Translations under genes and position numbers: made by a program | Assembly (NCBI RefSeq): GCF_009914755.1 | Contig: NC_060932.1 | Origin: the human T2T-CHM13v2.0 reference genome, Homo sapiens | Direction: 5' to 3' (one strand) | DNA length: 64,000 nucleotides | The notes under the pieces: model-generated | What the model saw: only the letters and a program-made list of their open reading frames with translations | Databases searched by the model: none | What the model was told of the DNA's origin: nothing | In this document: one piece after another, positions 57,414 through 64,000 of the stretch | How positions within the stretch are numbered: the stretch's first letter is position 1 | Layout of the letters: each line of letters starts with the position of its first letter

Positions 57414-58449
57414 TGTTGCGGGAAGTCACGGACACCGAACGGAGGGACCAGCTGAAGCCATGGCAGAAGAACATAAACTGTGAAGACTTCATGGACATTT
57501 ATTAGTTCCCCAAATTAATGTTTTTATAATTTCTTATGCCTGTCTTTACTGCAGTGTCTGAACATAAATTGTGAAGATTTCATGGACATTTATCACTTCC
57601 CCAATCAATACTCTTGTGATTTCCTACGCCTGTCTTTAATCTCTTAATCCCGTCATCTTCATAAGCTGAGGATGTATGTTGCCTCAGGACCCTGTGATGA
57701 TTGAGTCAACTGCACAAATTGTTTAAACAATATGAAATGTGGGCACCTTGAAAAAAGAACAGGATGACACCGATGTTCAGGAACAAGGGAGATAACCTTA
57801 AAGTCTGGCTGCCTGCGGGCTGGGCAGGACAGAGCCATATTTCTCTTATTACTGAAAACAGGTAAGAGAAGTATCGCTTAATTATTTCCCCAGTAAGAAA
57901 TATTAATAATTAACAGCGCTGGGAAAAGAATGCACTCCCGGGGGGGACTCTAAAATGGCTGCCCTAGGAATGTCTGCCTTATGCAGATGTAGATAGTGAT
58001 GAAACACGCCCTAGTCTCCTGCAGCGCCCCCAGGCTTGCTAGGATTAGGAAATTCCATCCTGGCAAATTCTAGTTAGACCAGTTCTCTGCTCTTGAACCC
58101 TGACAATGCATGCACAGTGGGACGTGGAAGTTCATTAGTGATTCTAGTTTCGCCCTGACCTCCTGCCTTGTGATCTTTTGTTACCCTTGAAGCATGTGAT
58201 CTCTGTGACCCACACCCTATTCGTACACTCCCTCCCCTTTGAAAATTGCTAATAAAAACATGCTGGTTTTACGGCTCAGGGGGCATCACGGAACCTGCCG
58301 ACATGTGATGTCTCCCCTGGATACCCAGCTTTAAAATTTCTCTCTTTTGTACTCTGTCCCTTTATTTCTCAGACCGGCCGACACTTAGGGAAATAGAAAA
58401 GAACCTACGTGAAATACCATTGAATTATCGGGGGTGGGTTTCCCCGATA
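57414..58449 (+). mobile_element. MER11 solo LTR (HERV-K/HML-8 family; length suggests MER11C or B)
   Basis: tgttgcgggaagtca...ccccgata termini; internal tandem repeat aacataaa(c/t)tgtgaaga(c/t)ttcatggacatttat; AATAAA at 58251; perfect 6-bp TSD atcact at 57408-57413 and 58450-58455. Confidence 0.93.
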
Positions 58450-58455
58450 ATCACT

Positions 58456-59972
58456 CATCTGAACAGCTCTTATTAAGGCTGCTGTAATATCCCAACGGAA
58501 ATTTGTTAGGCCTCATCTTATTTGGCCTATCCACAGCACTTGACATAGTTGATTGTCCCTTTTATGGAGCACTGCTTTCCTTGGCTCTCAGAATAACAGT
58601 GTATTCTGGTTTTCCTTCTGCCTCACTAGTTGTATCTTGATCTCTTTTTCTTTATGATTCCTCCTCATTTTCTTGCCATCAGCATGCCCCAGAGCTCAGT
58701 GCTGGGACTTCTCTTCCAACCTCACTCAACACTCAGTTCATCTTTCTGGTCTTGTGATGTTAAATGCCATCTAAGCCCACCTTTGTATTCCTAGGCTGCA
58801 CTCTCCCATGGACTGCAGACTAACCCAATGCTTCCCTCAAGTTCTCAAGTTAGATCTGTCATAAGCATCTCAAACTTAATAATATGCAAACCCAAACTCC
58901 CATTTCACCTCTTCTCTAAATAGCTTCTTGGGCAATTTCTCCCATTTCAGTAAAAATCAACTCTATTACTCTAGTTGCTCAGGAAAAAGTCCTTGGAAAC
59001 GTCACTGACTTCTGTCTTCCTCTTGTGTACCACATCCAATCCATCAGCAGATCCTGTGGGATCTACCTTCAAAATGTAACCAGGTACCGACCCCTTCTCA
59101 CCACTTCCACTGTTAATACCACAAGGCGAGAGCCACAATCACCTCCTGCCTGGATAATTGCAGTAGCCATTTAATTGGCCCCCTTATGTTCACCCTGATG
59201 TCCCAGTCTATTTTCAACCCAGCAGCCAGAGGATGCTTTCATTTTATTTTTATTGACAAATAATTGCATCTATTTGTGGGGTACAATGTGATGTTTTAAT
59301 ATATGTAGACATCGTGGAATGATTAAATTGAGCTAATTACCATAACCATCACTAGAGGAGGCTTTTAAAACACGCCATGCCTATGCTCACAATTCTCTGC
59401 TGTGCTGCCTGTCCAACTCAGGGTAAAAGCCTATGCCCTCCTAGAGCCCTGCAAGTTCCCACACGAACTTTCTCTCCCAGCTACCTCTGGTCTCATACAC
59501 CACTCTCCTTCCTCCCCACCCCTCCCCTCCCCCCCTCCTTCCCCCCTTCCCTCCTTCCCCCCTTCCTTCCTTCCTTTCCTTCCTTTTTCTCAAGTATGCG
59601 AAGCTGCTCACACCTTGGGGTCTTGGTTTCCTCTGGCTGATTTTGTCCTGGGTTGTTCACTTCCTTCAGGCCCCTGCTCAAATGCCACCTCATCAATGAG
59701 GCCTAATTACAGCAATATCTACCACCTGCATCATCTGTTCCCCTCATCTGCTTTCTTTTTCTCCATATGACTCAATACTACCTGATGTTCTACCTGTTTT
59801 CTTGTTTATTTGTGCTTTGCCTGGCAACCCCCAGTAAAGCACCATCTCCACAAAGACAGAGGTTCTGTGTGGGTCATCCCTATATCCCCAGAGCCTAAAT
59901 CTGTGCTTTGCATACAGAAGGCTTTCAGAAAAATACATGAATGAATGAATGAATGAATGAATGAATGAATGA
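58456..59972 (+). mobile_element. Long L2 fragment (RT region to 3' end) with (ATGA)9 tail
   Basis: ctcatcttatttggcctatccacagcacttgacatagttgat resembles LILLDLSAAFDTVD; agcatctcaaacttaa; ends in (ATGA)9 at 59937-59972. Confidence 0.85.
59240..59353 (-). mobile_element. Short L1MA 3' end inserted in L2
   Basis: TSD agagga(t/g)gcttt at 59228-59239 and 59354-59365. Confidence 0.8.
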
Positions 59973-59995
59973 AAAAATAGTATTTAAAACATAGG

Positions 59996-60475
<480 letters not shown>

Positions 60476-62444
60476 TTACAGCAGTAGCAATACATGGTAA
60501 GCCTTCAATAAATTTTAACATTTACTATTCCAATGTCAAAATTCTATCATCAAGGGGTACTCCTCTCCCTCACACTCACAAAGGATAAAAGAAGCTCCCA
60601 AGTTGGTGCTGAGAGTAGGGAGGGGGGGGGAAATGTAGAATGGATAGGAGCAGGAGGCCCATCCCTGAGAACCTGGGAAGGGATGTCCAGGAGGTCCCAG
60701 GACAGGCCCTGGGAAAGAAAGGGCCCTGAGTGGGCTCACAATCTCTTTCTTGCATTTCCATCCTGAGGCTTCCAGAATTCTTGTCCATTCTGATTGTGGA
60801 GCTCTGAATATTTGGGGATTAACAGTATGATCTGCTATTCCCAGATGCAACATTTCCTTACCATCAAACAGTCCCCTTCCAAGTACAGCTTAAGGAGCAC
60901 AGGAAATGGAGGTAACTACCACAATGGAAAATTTCTATTTTGTCCTTGATCTTTGTGAAGTCAATGCCATCCTTCAAGACATTACATTTTCAACCCTGAA
61001 ACTGTGAAACTGGGACGCTTGAGTTTCTAAAAAGTATTAAAACTGCTTCAGAGATCTATCAGCTGCTTGCTTTTCAGTGTGAATTAATTTCCTCGGCCTT
61101 CTCCTCCAAACCCCTTATTGATACCAGCCTTAACTCAAGAGGGAGGGTTTTGCTTGGGATGGGAGAAAGATTGAGGGAGAAATTTTATTGTCAAGTTACC
61201 AGGGTAAAGAACAGTGAAGGCCTTTTTGTGAATACATGGGCCTCAGCATGATAACAGTTAAGTTGGTTGGAGGGTGGAAGTTCAGGGTTAAGGGTGAGAT
61301 CAAATGTAAATTTCTTCCAAATGAAAGCCAGGCAGTCTCCATATTGACTGCAATCATTGTGTGAGGCTGAGCAACTCAACTCTCACAACCCTCTTCCAGG
61401 GCAAGGTTTTGATGCTAATTCGGCTGGGCAACTGGGACCCAAGGGAAACCTCCCTGCAAACGTTCCTCTCAACTTCTTTTTTCTTTTCGCTCCTTTGAAG
61501 GATCTCAGCTTACAAGGCTATGTCAACACTTGAGCAATCCCAATGAAGTGTATGAGTGTCCAGTACTCTGAGGTCCAGAGTTGGCATCGATTCCATGAAT
61601 GCAATGGCCTGGCAGGCATTTGTCCTCCTCCTTCTTCCTTGCATGGAAATTTTTTGAATTTTGTGGGTTTGACACATTAACTTTGCAAATGCTGACTCTT
61701 ATCTATAAGTAGCACTGCTGCCTCCTTGCCTAGAATTTGCAGCCACAGGGATGAGTTAGGAAGCATTTGCTTTCCTCGCAAAGACCAGGGCCTAGGTCTT
61801 TCCCAGGGAGCTGCATGAGTAAAATTACAGGAACCAAGTTTTAAGAAAACTCACCAAGGAAAACTTGTAGGTTAATAAATTAGAGGGGGCTTATTTCTAA
61901 TATTTGTTTGTAGATTATCAATTACTCAATGGATAATCTGTAAGATCAGAGAAATTTAAAGCAAAAATTATAAACTTCCAGGGCTGCTTAGAGATCTGTG
62001 ATTCATATTTGGGATCCCAGATCTGTCCCTGTTTGGAATCTCAGGAAACTTAAAGTCACTGATGTGCATCATCGATGTCCAGTCCTTCTGTCTTTTCTGC
62101 AATGTTCCAGCATCTTATCCTTAAGCTACTTGCCTTAGGAACGAACCGACACCACTGAGATGACCAGTCCATCCTGGGTTAACTTTACCTCTCGGAAAAT
62201 TCTTTATAATTGGCAATAACCAATAACTCCAATTGATAATAAATTCAATTAAAAAAATTAAATATGATTTGTGAAATGACAGTAGGGATAGCCCTAACTA
62301 CACCCTAATTTGGTTCCTGCAAATCCATGGAAGTCACTGCTTATAAAAGTGAAATCCCATGGCTATGAAAGTCACCACCAACCCTCCTTTATACACTGCG
62401 CGCCTTTCCAACAGGCAGGGCAATTTGACTTTGTGAGCAATGCT

Positions 62445-62660
62445 ACTATTAACAGCTACCGATGACACAGTGCTTACCACGAGATGGGCATTGTGTGTGT
62501 GCTGGCACCTAAGTGGATCCCCTCATTCCCACAGCAGCCCTGTGAATAGGATGGTGTTTTCTCCACTTTGCAGATGAGAAAACTGAGAGGTTAGGGTGGT
62601 GGTATGAGTCAGTCACAGAGCTGACAACTGACCCCTGGCAGGTTTCTTTTCCAAGCTCCT
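62445..62660 (-). mobile_element. MIR SINE
   Basis: ctcattcccacagcagccctgtga...ccactttgcagatgagaaaactgag. Confidence 0.75.
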
Positions 62661-63439
62661 GCTTTCCCCACGATGTCTTCTCTCAGGTGAACCCTCTCTC
62701 TAGGCACTCCCTGTGGGTCCAATGGCAGCAGTCAAAGAAGAGTGCTGGGGCCAACCATGGGGCCACCCAAAGGAGCCAGTTCAGCATCATTCCCTTCTAA
62801 TGTCCCCTCAGCTTAATGGAAATGCAACTCCAACTGTCAATTCCTAAAAGGGATTTCAGGAAGGTACTAATAGTCAATGACATTTCTGGATTCCCTTAAA
62901 ATCTGTGATGCATTTATCTTTTATATAACAATAACTTACATAATCACAGAATCCCAGAATTTCAGAGTTGGTTAGGACTTTGCACATCATCTAATTCAGG
63001 CTTCTTCCTGATGTATCTGTTGGGAATAATTTCATAAAGAGGGAACTGAAAGTTCTTTTTTTTTTAAGAAGTGAATAAATGTGAGTGGCAGGCCTAGAAT
63101 AGTTGCTTTGCTCTGCAGCCCTTTTGGGAAAAATAAGAGAACCTGAAGTGAAGTCCTTGGCTTTAAAGGTTTGAAGGGTGGAAGACAAACACTAGAGCCA
63201 AATCAGAGCGTTCTACTGGCCTCCCGTGTTCTCTGGCTCAGTGTACTCATGGTCCAACTACTGCTATGTAGAGAAATATCCCTGTGATATAGATTTCTAT
63301 TAGCTACCTGGGACTAAGAAGGCAACTAACCATTTCCCAACCTTTTTCTAGAAGCCGTAGAGGACGAAAAAGGTGGAAAGTCTCTAATATATGAGGCTGA
63401 TATTTTCAAGAACCCAAACTGTTGGTCTGTTCTCCCATA

Positions 63440-63630
63440 CATGGAGCTGCTGTCTGCCCTCATAGCTTAGTTACTATCTCTAGGCTCCAATTTTCTTATC
63501 TTCAAAGGGAGAATATCAAATGTACCTAACTCCTAGGATTCCCATGAGGATTAAATAAGAAAGCCTTAGTAATCTGCTGAGAAAAGGCCCTAGCAGAGGT
63601 TAGCACTCAACTAAATAATGCCTATTGTCA
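63440..63630 (+). mobile_element. MIR SINE
   Basis: ttttcttatcttcaaagggagaatatcaaatgtacctaactcctaggattcccatgaggattaaataag. Confidence 0.7.
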
Positions 63631-64000
63631 TTCTTATCACTCTATGGCTGGTGAAAGAGACAGATTAGGGACCATTTCTGCATAAAAATGCTTTATATTT
63701 GCATTTTGATTGGTCTTTTAAATTTTCTTTAACCATCTATCAGTGCCCGTTTTCTTCCAATTCATGCCATGAGTATTTAAGGCTTTTGTTGAAACTGAAC
63801 TGTTTGTAGATGTGTCTCCAGACCAATATGGGAGGTAGCGAATGGGAAAATATAAACAAAGGAATCGAGGAATTTTTGCCTTGTTTCCCAGATACATAAG
63901 CTCAGAGGGAAAAAAATCTTCACTGCCTTATTCTAGGAGGAAACTCTTAGAAAGTCTCTGGTTAGTTTTATCAATAATCAGTCATTGATTGAGAATTTAA

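Noticed and set aside
57470-57640. Direct repeats as a CRISPR-like array
   Set aside because: Internal tandem duplication of MER11; eukaryotic DNA with no spacers or cas genes
58424-58451. Hairpin at the MER11 3' end
   Set aside because: Largely intrinsic to the LTR terminus and extended by chance by the TSD

Overview
This is human non-coding genomic DNA (intergenic or deep intronic). The species call rests on an Alu right arm carrying the AluYb8 7-bp duplication, a lineage that expanded in humans. I recognise no protein-coding gene, and most ORF-track entries come from Alu, L1 or microsatellite sequence or are chance ORFs. A large share of the window is interspersed repeat: about 20 Alus, MIR, L2, L3, L1MA/MB/ME/PB, THE1A, THE1B and MER11 solo LTRs, MER5/MER58, and a long Charlie8-type hAT transposase fossil. 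There are also U6 and U2 snRNA retrocopies. The most unusual items are: (i) a ~280-bp local templated duplication whose source copy holds a perfect (AAGGA)51 array while the sister copy keeps a short purine tract; (ii) a nested insertion at 36.7-41.3 kb containing a TSD-bounded U6/Alu/L1 composite and an AluS-AluYb8 chimera; (iii) a THE1B LTR whose TSD splits a Py-CAG|GTGAGT site into an acceptor and a donor flanking the whole LTR; and (iv) several + strand exon-like segments compatible with a spliced lncRNA. I found no convincing evidence of a new multi-gene biological system. Repeat subfamily calls come from remembered consensus sequences, and boundaries without a TSD are approximate.
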